Shown here piece by piece: positions 28,779-38,647 of a stretch of DNA of 64,000 nt; within the stretch, counting starts at the first letter, position 1, and each line of letters opens with the position of its first letter. Under the pieces are notes generated by a model that saw only the letters and a program-made list of their open reading frames with translations, made no database searches and was not told the DNA's origin. The position numbers and the translations under genes were made by a program. Location: assembly GCA_963770685.1 (NCBI GenBank), contig CAVYQN010000002.1, positions 64,020 through 128,019 on the forward strand, given 5' to 3'. This stretch comes from Candidatus Krumholzibacteriia bacterium. Lineage in GTDB: Bacteria > Krumholzibacteriota > Krumholzibacteriia > Krumholzibacteriales > Krumholzibacteriaceae.

Positions 28779-29411
28779 ATGAGGCAATCATTAATCATTT
28801 CCGTCGTCGTTCACGTGCTGGTTCTCGCCGCGCTCTTTTTCGTGGTGAAGACCGTGCCGGAGATGCGACTTCCGCAGAACATATATTCGGTGAAGATATT
28901 TCAGCCGGCCGCCGTGAAGACCGAACCGGAAAAATCGAGCAAGCCGGAGGCGAAGGCCGCCGAGCCGGCCGTCCCGAAGCCGAAGACGGAGAAGAAGAAG
29001 GAGCCGGAAAAGAAACCGGAGGTCGTGAAGGAAAAGAAGGCCGACGCCGCGACGGAGGAGAAGGGGATGGACGTCAGCGTCGCCGGCGATCCATCGGGGC
29101 TGACCTCGATGGCGATCGACGCCCCGCGCTTCCCGTTTTCCTACTATCTCTCGGCGGTCGAGAGGAAGGTGTCCCAGAACTGGTTTTCATCGGAGTCCGG
29201 GAGGGGAGAGGGATATTCCTGCGTCGTATACTTCAGGCTCGCGAGGGACGGCTCCGTGGGCGACGTCAGCGTGGAAAAGAGCTCGGGGAACCAGTATTTC
29301 GACAGGTCGGCGCAGAGAGCGGTGAGAAGCTCGGCGCCATTCCCCCCGCTGCCCAGGGCGTTCGAGGATCCCTGGCTGGGGATCCATTTCACATTCATAC
29401 AGAAGGATTGA
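28779..29411 (+). CDS. TolA-like / TonB C-terminal domain protein
   Basis: N-terminal TM. Lys/Pro/Glu-rich linker (KPEAKAAEPAVPKPKTEKKKEPEKKPE). TonB_C-like end (..FPPLPRAF..). Its position lies between tolR and tolB. Confidence 0.8.
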   Translation: MRQSLIISVVVHVLVLAALFFVVKTVPEMRLPQNIYSVKIFQPAAVKTEPEKSSKPEAKAAEPAVPKPKTEKKKEPEKKPEVVKEKKADAATEEKGMDVSVAGDPSGLTSMAIDAPRFPFSYYLSAVERKVSQNWFSSESGRGEGYSCVVYFRLARDGSVGDVSVEKSSGNQYFDRSAQRAVRSSAPFPPLPRAFEDPWLGIHFTFIQKD

Positions 29412-29440
29412 TCCGGAAAGATCGGGAAATGATCAACAGA

Positions 29441-30695
29441 ATGAAGAAGACGGCATACGCGGCGGCCCTGCTCGCCGCCATCATCCAGGCCGGTCCCGCC
29501 GCGGGGCAGACCGATATCCATCTGAGCACCGAGAAGCCGGGAGGGGGGCTTGTGCCGATAGTCGTAAGAGACCTCGGCGCGGCGAACGAAAAGCTGTCCG
29601 GGACCGCCTCGTACATGACCGGCGTTCTTCTGAAGGACCTCCTGTACACCAGCATCTTCGACCCGCTCCGGTTCGAAAGCGGGACCGACGGCCTGTCCGG
29701 CGGAAGGACGGCCACGGCGATAGTCGAGGGAACCGTGTCGGCCGAGGGGGAGAGGTATTATCTCGACGCGAAGCTGCTCGATTACACGAGCAGGGAGGTG
29801 ATCTTTTCCAAGAGGTACAGTTTCGTGGAGGCCGCGAAGAGGACAGTCGCCCATCATCTCAGCGACGAGATCCTTTTCTTCCTGATGGGGGAGAAGGGGG
29901 TCGCGACGACCCGTATTCTCTTCACGAGAAGGGAAGGGCAGCACAAGAATCTGCACGTGGCGGACTACGACGGGTACGCGGAGAGGCGCATTACGAGCGG
30001 CGAGCTCGTTGTCTCGCCCGAATGGCTCGACGCGCAGAGGCTCTGCTTCACGTCTTACAGGAGGGAAAATCCCGACTGCTATCTCATGGATCTCGCGGCC
30101 AACACCAGGACGAACATCTCACATCGCCAGGGAATCAACATCGCCGGGAGCTGGTCCCAGGGGAGCGGAGAGCTGGCGATGACGCTGAGCCTCAAGGGCA
30201 ACAGCGAGATATACCTTATAAGGCCGGACGGGGAGATCGTGAGGAGACTCACCGACAACCGCGCGATAGATTGTTCCCCCTCCTGGGCTCCGAACGGCAG
30301 GGAGCTCGTTTTCGTCTCCGACAGGACCGGGGGCCCTCAGCTTTACGTGATGGACAAGTACGGAGGCAACACGAGACGGCTCACCTTCAACGGCTCGTAC
30401 AACACATCCCCCGCGTGGTCCCCGGCGGGTGACATGATCGCATATGTCTCCAGGGTCGGGGGGATCTTCCAGCTGAGCCTCATCGCGCCGGACGGAAAGT
30501 GGGAGGATAGGGTTTTCGAGAATCAAATGAGCTGCGAGGATCCATCCTGGGCTCCGGATGGAAGGCACATCGCCGCCACGGTGAAGTACGGGGGGAAGCC
30601 GTGGATAGTGATCATCGACGTCGAGACGGGGAACCTGAGGAGGCTGTGCGGAGGGGGAAACGGCGGCATGGTCGCCGCTGGGGGATCTTCGCTGA
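29441..30695 (+). CDS. tolB: Tol-Pal system beta-propeller protein TolB; frame break at the G5 run 30653-30657
   Basis: Track ORF 29408..30793. ATG 29441 (or 29429) gives MKKTAYAAALLAAIIQAGPAAG. PD40 repeats (SPSWAPNGRELVFVSDRTG, SPAWSPAGDMIAYV). The corrected tail ..RLCGGETAAWSPLGDLR* stops at 30693-30695. Confidence 0.85.
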
Positions 30696-30908
30696 GAACG
30701 GGGATTCGCCGGCGGCCGCCCGCGCGGCGGGCCTCAGGGTGGCGGTATCGGAGAACGAAACCGCCGAATGCGGAAATCGTGTTTCTGCGATAAAATAATT
30801 GTTTTCAACATCGCCTTTTTTTGGTTATGATGCCTGTCGTATGAATCTTTGGGAAGACTTGAAGAGACGGTTCTTCCCGGGTAACCTGAAAGATGGAGGT
30901 GTTTCACC

Positions 30909-31416
30909 ATGACTCGCGCAAGCATGTTCTTTCTGATTCTGGTACTTGCAGCCGCTATGATATTGCCGGGCTGCGGCAAGAAGGATACCGTGGAGATCCA
31001 GGAGATCGAGCCCGCCGAGGAAATTGTTCCTCCCCCGCCTCCGCTGGACGAGCCGGTAAAGACGGAACCGGTGGTGGAAAAGAAGGTCGAACTGCAGGAC
31101 ATCTATTTCGATTACGACAAGTTCAACATCAAGGACGAATTCAAGCAGGTGCTGGCTGCGAACGCCGAGATCCTCATGGACAACCCCGAGGTGAATATTC
31201 TTGTTGAAGGGCATTGCGATGAGCGCGGCACTTCGGAATACAACCTGGCGCTCGGCGAGAAAAGGGCCAAGGCCGTGCTCGATTTCTTCGTCGCTTACGG
31301 CGTGAACGCCCGCAGGCTCTCCATGGTGAGTTACGGCGAGGAAAGGCCGTTTCGACGCGGGCCATAACGAAAGCGCATGGGCGAATAACCGCCGCGCCCA
31401 TATGGTTGTAAAATAA
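30909..31416 (+). CDS. pal: Peptidoglycan-associated lipoprotein Pal (OmpA family); frame break at the T3 run 31350-31352
   Basis: Lipobox LPGC. NILVEGHCDERGTSEYNLALGEKRA. The corrected tail PFDAGHNESAWANNRRAHMVVK* stops at 31414-31416. Confidence 0.85.
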
Positions 31417-31420
31417 CGAT

Positions 31421-32255
31421 ATGAAAAAGAAAGAGTTATATCGTCTTGGGCTGTTTGCCGCCCTGCTGTCCGCTCTGGCTCTGGATTCGGGATGCTGGGG
31501 AAGGAAATTCTTCAGGGCGCCCGGCGAGGCCATCGAGACTTCGACGAAGGTCGATTCGCTCCTGAAGGAGAACATGATCCTTCAGAGGAGGGTTTACAAT
31601 CTCGAGAAGATGCTGTCGTCCCAGCAGGATTATGACCGAAGCGTGAACGCCCAGACGAGGCTCGACCTTGAGGAGCTCAAGGACAGGTTGAACGCTCTTT
31701 CGCAGATGCTCGAGGAAAGCGGCGCGAGGCCGGCGGCGGGATCGGCCGCCGGCCGCTCCCGCACGCTGCCTTCGGCGTCCGCAGGCACGGCCGCGTCCCA
31801 CCGATACCCTTGCCGGTTCAGGCCCGGGGGGCGCCGCGGGAGCCGATCCCGGAAGCCGGACCGGGTCCGTCCCCGTCCCTTCGGCCGAGGAGATCCACCG
31901 GCAGACCTACCTTGACTTCAGCAGGATGGAATACCAGATAGCCCTGGACGAATCCCAGGCCTTTCTGGAGAATTACCCGGATCATCCGCTTGGCGAGGAG
32001 GTCCGGTTCGTTCGCGGCGAATGCTACATGGAACTGGGAAAGCATTTCGACGCGTTGAAGGAATTCTCCGCGGTGCTGCAGGATTATCCGCGCGGGAAAA
32101 AGGTTCCCCCCTCGCTTCTTCGCATGGCGGTCTGCTACGACGCGATCGGCGACCGCGGCCTGTCGGCGGGAGTCGTAAGGCGCCTTGTGAGGGAGTATCC
32201 CGCGAGCGAGGAGGCGGCGGTCGCGAAGGAACGTTTTGCCGACCTTCTCGAATGA
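31421..32255 (+). CDS. ybgF: Tol-Pal system protein YbgF/CpoB (coiled coil + TPR-like); at least 1 frame break in the low-complexity linker (about 31740-31810)
   Basis: Track ORFs 31421..31915 (signal/lipobox LDSGC, coiled coil) and 31926..32255. The frame reads ..PSAEEIHRQTYLDFSRMEYQIALDESQAFLENYPDHPL upstream of 31926. Confidence 0.75.
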
Positions 32256-32336
32256 CCTGTTTCGGATTCCGGGACCGACCTTCCATCGGTTTTCTTACGT
32301 CGCGGATGAGGCTGATGCCGGATCCGCGGGAAGGTT

Positions 32337-34586
32337 GTGAACGCTGAGTTGGAAATCACGGCGCACCTCTTCCTGCTTTTATCGATCGCGGCCCTCCTTG
32401 TGCTTTCCGCGTTTTTTTCCGGTTCGGAAACCGCCCTCTTTTCCCTGTCGAGATCATCGATCATCGAAATGAAGAAAGCCGGCAGGCGCGGAAAGCAGGT
32501 CGGCGAGCTTCTCTCGAAGCCGCGGATGCTTCTGGTGACCATCCTGTTCGGGAATCTCCTGGTCAATATCGCGAGCACGAGCGCCGTCACGGCCCTCGCG
32601 ATCGAGCTTTTCGGCGAGAAGGGAATCGGGTACGCCATGGTCTCGATGACCTTCCTGATATTGGTATTCGGGGAGATCACGCCGAAAAGCGTCGCGCTCA
32701 GGCACGCCCGCGTCATGGCCCCGGCGATGGCTCCCTTCCTGAAGGGATTGATGTTCGTTTTGACGCCGGTGCGGCTTTTCCTCGGCTCCATCGCCGATTT
32801 CACCGTCGAAAAGAGCAGAAGGATTCTCGGCGAAAGACGCGAGATTTACGCTTCGAGCGAGCTTGCGACCGCCGTGGAGACGGGACATATCGACGGCATC
32901 TTCGACGAATTCGAGAAGGAGATCCTCACGAACCTGTTTTCCTTCATGGAGACGGCGGTATACGAGATACAGACGCCGAGGGTCGACGTATTCACGCTCG
33001 ACGCCGATACGAGTCTCTCGGAAGCGATAAAGCGCGTGAAGGATCGCGGGTACACAAGGGTGCCTCTGATCGAACGCTCGTCGTTCAGCGTGGTCGGGAT
33101 CCTCCACGCGAGGGACCTTCTCAGGCATCAGAAGAACGAGAAAATGTCCGTCATGGACGTGATGCGTCCCGTGAAATTCGTACCGGAGACGAGAAAGATC
33201 AGGAGCCTTCTCGGGGAATTCATCTCCGAAAAGGAGCATATGGCGGTCACCGTCGACGAGCACGGCTCCTTCGAGGGGATCGTGACCCTGGAGGACATTC
33301 TCGAGGAGATTTTCGGCGAGATCCGGGACAGGCGCGAACCGAAGGTGGACGAATACAACCTTCTCGACGAGGATCATATAGTCGTGGAGGGGGCGATGCG
33401 GCTGGAAGACCTTAACGAACTGTTCGGCACATCCCTCGACTCGGACGAGGTGGAAACCGTCGGAGGGTACGTGACCGAGATGACCGGGAGGATTCCGAGG
33501 GAGGGCGAGGCGTTCAATTTCAACGGTTTGCGGTTTCTCGTGATTTCAGCGGATCCCGCGAAGATCAACAAGCTGAAGATCGAAAGGGAGCCGGGCGCGG
33601 GGGAGAAGATGGGAACGTTTGATTCGGTGTTGATAATCATTCTGATGATATTGTTGTCCGGATTCTTCTCCGGCGCGGAGACGGCGCTCGTGTCCTGCAG
33701 CAGGATCAAGATGCGCAACCTGGCGAAGCGCGGGTCATGGAGGGCCGGTATAATAGAAAAGCTTCTCGATTCGCCGGAGCGTTTTTTCAGCATCGTGCTG
33801 GTCGGGACCAATCTCTCGGTGATAATCTGCTCGGTGACGGCTACCGCCCTGGCGATCTCGCTTTTCGGCGAAGGCGGCGCCGTCATCGCCACGGTCGTCG
33901 TCACTCCGCTTATCCTTATATTCGGCGAGGTGGTTCCAAAGGCCATATTCCTTTATCACGCCGACCGCGTTTCGATTTCGGTCGCGCCCTACCTCAGGAT
34001 CATGCTTTATCTTCTCTGGCCCGTCGTGATGCCCGTCACGGGAATCGCCAGGCTTATCGCGGGCCGCTCGGCGGACGAGGAGAGAAAGATGAATCTCATC
34101 GCCACGAGGGAGGAACTGATCTATCTGTACAGCAGGGGAAGGGAGAAGGGCGAGACGGAAAAACGCGAAACGGACATGATCGACAGGGTCTTCAATTTCG
34201 GGGTGATGCGCGCCGGCGACCTGATGATCCCGATGGAAAAGGTGGAAACCTTTCCCGTCACCTCTTCGGTCGACGAGGTCCGCGCGAGAGCCGACGCCTC
34301 CTCATTCTCGAGATATCCGCTCGTCTCCCCGGAAACCGGGCGCGTCGCCGGCGTCATATCCCTCTTCGACCTGCTCGGCCTCGACGGCGGCGAGCGCCTT
34401 TCCTCCGTCATGCACAGGCCTTTCACGGCCTCCGCCGACGAACCGGCGGAGAGGCTGCTGATCAGGATGAAGGACGATCCGCTCCACTTCGCCGTCGTCA
34501 TGGACAGGGACGGCGAAGCTCTGGGGATAGTCACCCTCGAGGATATCCTGGAAAACATCGTCGGGGATATCGCGACGGGGCATTGA
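32337..34586 (+). CDS. Tandem CNNM/HlyC-CorC family protein (DUF21-CBS-CorC_HlyC followed by DUF21-CBS) read as one 749-aa ORF
   Basis: Two SGFFSG(S/A)ETAL DUF21 starts (residues about 25 and about 445). CBS pairs after each. The CorC_HlyC-like segment VEGAMRLEDLNELFG..FLVISADPAKINKLKIE occurs only after the first. Confidence 0.8.
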   Translation: MNAELEITAHLFLLLSIAALLVLSAFFSGSETALFSLSRSSIIEMKKAGRRGKQVGELLSKPRMLLVTILFGNLLVNIASTSAVTALAIELFGEKGIGYAMVSMTFLILVFGEITPKSVALRHARVMAPAMAPFLKGLMFVLTPVRLFLGSIADFTVEKSRRILGERREIYASSELATAVETGHIDGIFDEFEKEILTNLFSFMETAVYEIQTPRVDVFTLDADTSLSEAIKRVKDRGYTRVPLIERSSFSVVGILHARDLLRHQKNEKMSVMDVMRPVKFVPETRKIRSLLGEFISEKEHMAVTVDEHGSFEGIVTLEDILEEIFGEIRDRREPKVDEYNLLDEDHIVVEGAMRLEDLNELFGTSLDSDEVETVGGYVTEMTGRIPREGEAFNFNGLRFLVISADPAKINKLKIEREPGAGEKMGTFDSVLIIILMILLSGFFSGAETALVSCSRIKMRNLAKRGSWRAGIIEKLLDSPERFFSIVLVGTNLSVIICSVTATALAISLFGEGGAVIATVVVTPLILIFGEVVPKAIFLYHADRVSISVAPYLRIMLYLLWPVVMPVTGIARLIAGRSADEERKMNLIATREELIYLYSRGREKGETEKRETDMIDRVFNFGVMRAGDLMIPMEKVETFPVTSSVDEVRARADASSFSRYPLVSPETGRVAGVISLFDLLGLDGGERLSSVMHRPFTASADEPAERLLIRMKDDPLHFAVVMDRDGEALGIVTLEDILENIVGDIATGH

Positions 34587-34620
34587 TCGTTCCGGCCGGC
34601 TCATCGCCGGAGCCGGCTGC

Positions 34621-36163
34621 TCACTCGAGGCTTCCGACGACCTTCTCGACCTCATCGAGTATCTCGCACGACCTCACGAGTTCCTGCATCTTCGTATGGT
34701 CGGGGTAGAGTGGCCTGTCGATATCGAGGAAATCGACGTGGCGCCTTATCACCTCGCGCGCCTTGGCCGTGCCCGCGCCGAAGCTGTAATCGCGGAAGTC
34801 CATCGCCTGGGCCGCCGCCATCAGCTCGATCCCCAGAATGCCGTAGGCGTTCCCGAGAATCTGGAAGTTCTTGATGGCCGTGTTCATCCCCATCGACACG
34901 AAGTCCTCCTGGTCCGCGGCGGCGGGGATGGACTGGATGGAGGCCGGGACCGACAGTATCCTCTGCTCGACTATCTGCATGTCGGCGGTGTACTGGCTGA
35001 GCATGAGCCCGGAGAACATCCCGGCGCCCTTGGTGAGAAAGGCGGGAAGGCCGACGCTGAGCGCGGGGTTGTTGAGCCTGTTCATCCTTCTTTCCGACAT
35101 GACGCTGACCATTGTGACCGCCGCTCCGATCATGTCCATCGGAAGCGATACCGGCGTGCCCTGGAAATTCGCGCCGGAAAGCTGGAGGTTCTTGTCGGGG
35201 AAAAAGATCGGGTTGTCGCCGACCCCGTTGAGCTCGATCTCGACCTGCGAACGGGCGAAGACGAGGGCGTCATGGGCGGCGCCGATCACCTGCGGCGTGG
35301 AGCGCATCGAATAGGCGTCCTGGACCTTGCACTTGACCCTGCCCTCGGCGAGGTCGCCGCCCGCGACCAGCTTCCTGATCGCCGCGGCGCTTCGCTGGGC
35401 GCCCTTGAAACCGCGCACCTCGTGCAGCAGGTGGTTGTACGGCCTCATGTTCGCCTTGAGCGCCTCGAGCGACATGGCGGCGCCGATCTCGGCCTGTTTG
35501 AGCCATCTGTTCGTGTCATAGAGCATTATGGCGCTCATGGCGGTCAGAAGGTTCGATCCGTTGATGGTCGCAAGACCGTCCCTCGCATGGAGCCCGGGAA
35601 CCGGGATCCCCGCGCGGTCGAGGGCTTCTTTGCCGTCGAGAAGCTCGCCCTTGTACCAGGCCTTGCCCTTCTCCCATCATGAGAAGGGCTATCTGTGACA
35701 TCGGGGCGAGGTCGCCGCACGCGCCGACCGAGCCCTTCTGGCAGACGAAGGGGGTGACCCCCCGGTTGAGCATCTCCACCAGGGTCAGGGTTATCTCCGG
35801 GCGGTTGCCGGAGTTGCCGTGGGCGTGGACGTTGATCCTGCTCGCCATGGCGCCCCTGACGTACTCCTCGGGAGCCGGATCGCCGATCCCCGCGGCGTGG
35901 TTGTAAACGAGGTATTTCTGAAAATCCTTTATCTGACTGTCGTCGAGGACGACCTCCGAGAATTCGCCTATCCCGGTGTTGACGCCGTACATGATCTCGT
36001 GCGCCGCTATCTTTTTCTCGAGCATCGCCCTGCAGGCTTTGATGCGTTCGAGGGCCGCCGAGGATAATTCGACCTTTTCATGATGCCTCGCGATTCTCAC
36101 CAGTTTTTCGATCGTAAAGCCCGAACCGTCGAGTGTTATCGCCACTATGATCCCCCCTGTCAC
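34621..36163 (-). CDS. hutH: Histidine ammonia-lyase family (aromatic amino acid lyase, MIO-type) enzyme; frame break at the C3 run 35666-35668
   Basis: Track ORFs 35516..36163 (..GSVGACGDLAPMSQIALLMMGEG) and 34621..35538. The corrected junction reads GEGKAWYKGELLDGKEALDRAGIPVPGLHARDGLATINGSN. The start may be GTG 36145 rather than GTG 36163. Confidence 0.8.
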
Positions 36164-36211
36164 GGTAATCTATGAATGAAACCTCGGTAACTTGCGTTTA
36201 CGCATACCCAT

Positions 36212-36240
36212 TGATATATCATTCCGCGGCCGGCAAGGCA
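36212..36240 (-). promoter_or_regulatory. Candidate sigma70-type promoter for hutH (TTGCCT-N17-TATATC on the minus strand)
   Basis: Minus-strand -35 at 36235-36240 and -10 at 36212-36217. It follows a GGGCGC/GCGCCC hairpin plus T5 that could terminate the upstream membrane-protein gene. Confidence 0.3.
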
Positions 36241-36284
36241 AGAATGAAAAATCGGGGCGCGGCGTGCCTGCGCCCTCCGGCGGG

Positions 36285-36590
36285 TCAGGCCTGAATAAAC
36301 CCGATAACGAGGGATAGGGCGAGGGTCGCGAGGGACGCGGCCTGGAGTATGCCGGCCGCGAGCGTCAGCCTGCCCGCTTTCTTCCCGTCGAGCCGCATCA
36401 GGTCATGCACGCGCGGCGCCTTCAGGAAGTGGGATATGCCGAGGCAGAGAAATGAGATCGCCCAGAGGGGAATGCCCCCGACAATGATGACATTCCTGAA
36501 AAAGGCCATGATCCCCATTATGGTGAACAGGGTTCCCCACAAAAGATGCCCGCCGCCGTGCCCGGCCGTTTTGCCCTCTTGATCCTCCAT
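36285..36590 (-). CDS. Small integral membrane protein (hypothetical, about 3 TM)
   Basis: Intact 101-aa ORF with hydrophobic segments LLWGTLFTIMGIMAFF, IVGGIPLWAISFLCLGI, LTLAAGILQAASLATLALSLVIGF. Confidence 0.5.
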   Translation of the reverse strand: MEDQEGKTAGHGGGHLLWGTLFTIMGIMAFFRNVIIVGGIPLWAISFLCLGISHFLKAPRVHDLMRLDGKKAGRLTLAAGILQAASLATLALSLVIGFIQA

Positions 36591-36663
36591 GAAACGGCAT
36601 TGTGCATCACATGCGCGCCCGGCTGCAACGGTATTTTCGCGGGGAATGGCGATTTTCGGCCGA

Positions 36664-37679
36664 TCAATCGAGCCGAACCGCGCTCGAGGGGTCCAGGCAG
36701 ATCCTGAAAAACCTGCAGCCGGCGCATCGCGGCCCGCGGTTTCGCGGGAAATGGCCCGGGGGGAGCGGCTCGTTGCGCCGGATGTCGGAATCGGCCAGAA
36801 CGCCCTTCAATTTGCCGATTCCCGAACGGACGTGTTCGAGGAAGAAGTCGATGTTGCCGTCGTCTATCCGGTGCTCCGCGCGGGAGCCTCCGGCGAGCAG
36901 GTTTATCTCGAGGAGCCTTATCTTCTCGAGGGGCTCATCCGTCACCCGGGCGGCGAACAATCCGTATACGCCCATCTGGATGCCGGCCTTCCCTTCGTCC
37001 GGCCCGGCAGCTTTCCGCTCCGTCGGGGCCGGGACCGCTGAATGTCTTCCAGTCGACGATGTTGTACGTGCCGTCGTTCCCCCTGAAGATGAAATCGGTC
37101 TTGGCGAATACCCTCGCCCCCTCGAACTCGAAGGCCTGCGCGAATTCGGCGAGATCGATATTCTCGATGACCCAGGCTGCAGGGTCGGTATCCATGATTT
37201 CCGCGAGGATCGAGCTTCGGAGAAGCCCCCTTGCCCCCTCGACGCATTCATCGAGGGTCTTTTCCCGTCTTTCGTCCGTGACCTCGCGCCCGTATTCGTG
37301 ATCGAGAAGTGCGAGCCAGTCGATGTTGAGGCGGCCGCCCTGTTTCTTGGGAGACGGTCAGGTAGCCGCGGCTCTCGGAGAAGGCGAATTGCTTCCCGAA
37401 CCTTTCGGCGATATATCCGGTGACGTCGTCTTCGGCGGGGATCCGCCCCTTCCTTCGCATCGATTCGAGAACCTTGGACGCAACGTAGTGAACGAGCTGC
37501 CCGCGCCACAATGGAAGGGAGTTCAGGCGCTTCAGGAGGAAGGCTTCCCTGCGCAAAGGGGGTGAGGAGGCATTCCAGCCTCCCCAACTCAGGTAATAAT
37601 GGAAATAATAACTGCGCCTGCAATCATCGAAGATCGATTCCCGGGAGATCGACCATCCGAACTCGTTCCTTAATGCCAT
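36664..37679 (-). CDS. Cas4/AddB-like PD-(D/E)XK nuclease with Fe-S cysteine set; at least 2 frame breaks
   Basis: Track ORFs 37248..37679 (..IFDDCRRSYYFHYYL), 36935..37195 (AKTDFIFRGNDGTYNIVDWKT = D..DxK core) and 36664..37623 tail (QMGVYGL; ..PRCAGCRFFRIC = CxxCx5C). Confidence 0.65.
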
Positions 37680-38138
37680 CTATTTGTCGAAGACCCCCCG
37701 GTAGATCCTGTTTTCGAGTATGTAACCTTCGAACTCGTAGTCGAATTTCATCGACTGGGGGCCTCTGAGCGCCACGTCCTTGTTCGTGTACATGTAGAGG
37801 TGGTATTTGCCCCCCGCCTTCTGTTGCGCGAACTTCACGTATTCCTGTCCGCTGAAGATCCATATGCGCAGGGTGCTCAGGTCGACGCACGCGATATGGT
37901 CGGCCTCATGCTCGATCGGGACCCACCAGTCGAGGGCCATCTTTCCCTTGCCGCCCGCCTTCTTGGGCTGAAGGTTGGTGGTGACGAGCATCTTCCACAA
38001 GCGCTTCGGTTTTGTCAGCGTAACTTCGATATCGTATCCCGTTCCGGCGAGCCGGCACGGGATCCCCTGCCTGAGAAGCATCGAATTTACGAACATTTTC
38101 CCGCTTACACCGATCATGCTTTTTGGTACTTCCAGCAT
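37680..38138 (-). CDS. Hypothetical 152-aa protein (possible degenerate endonuclease-like fold)
   Basis: Intact ORF. Its stop abuts the nuclease ATG (TAGATG), and its start lies 2 nt after the acpS stop. The GYDIEVTL..WKMLVTTN..ADHIACVD layout is only weakly reminiscent of Hjc-like proteins. Confidence 0.5.
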   Translation of the reverse strand: MLEVPKSMIGVSGKMFVNSMLLRQGIPCRLAGTGYDIEVTLTKPKRLWKMLVTTNLQPKKAGGKGKMALDWWVPIEHEADHIACVDLSTLRIWIFSGQEYVKFAQQKAGGKYHLYMYTNKDVALRGPQSMKFDYEFEGYILENRIYRGVFDK

Positions 38139-38140
38139 GA

Positions 38141-38521
38141 CTATCCTCCTTCCAGGATGACGAGAGCCTGGGCCAGGTCCGCTTCGTGAGTGAGGCTTAA
38201 ATGCGAGAAGGCGATATTTCTTTGCTCCAGGGCCTGCCTTATCCTGTCAGAAAAGACAAAACCGGGCATGCCCTGCGACCCCCTGACTACGCGCACTTCT
38301 TTCAGGGAAATACCACGGCCCCAGCCCGTTCCCAGGGCCTTGAAGAACGCTTCCCTGGCCGCGAATCTCGCGGCAAAGAATTGTGCGCAATCCCTTCGCT
38401 CGAAACCTTCCCGAATCTCATCCTCCGAAAAGATCTTCCGAAGAAACCGTTCCCCGAACCGATCGATAAGCTTTGAGATCCTCGATATGGACACCGTATC
38501 GATGCCCGTTCCATATATCAT
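38141..38521 (-). CDS. acpS: Holo-[acyl-carrier-protein] synthase (4'-phosphopantetheinyl transferase)
   Basis: MIYGTGIDTVSISRI.., FAARFAAREAFFKALG, LSLTHE motifs. 126 aa. Confidence 0.85.
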   Translation of the reverse strand: MIYGTGIDTVSISRISKLIDRFGERFLRKIFSEDEIREGFERRDCAQFFAARFAAREAFFKALGTGWGRGISLKEVRVVRGSQGMPGFVFSDRIRQALEQRNIAFSHLSLTHEADLAQALVILEGG

Positions 38522-38647
38522 TGTCCCACCGAATGCCTTGCCGGCATTTTTCCAGTTGAAGCCCTGAGGCTTTGCAGGTAAATTCAGGGTATCACCATAT
38601 TGTTACCGTTAAAAGATAAATCTGTAAATTATTTTTTACAGGGCGGG

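Noticed and set aside
30692-30883. TPP-riboswitch-like words (CTGAGA at 30692, AACCTGA at 30877)
   Set aside because: The two motifs are about 185 nt apart, far beyond riboswitch spacing. The downstream gene is pal, and no thi-box pairing could be drawn.
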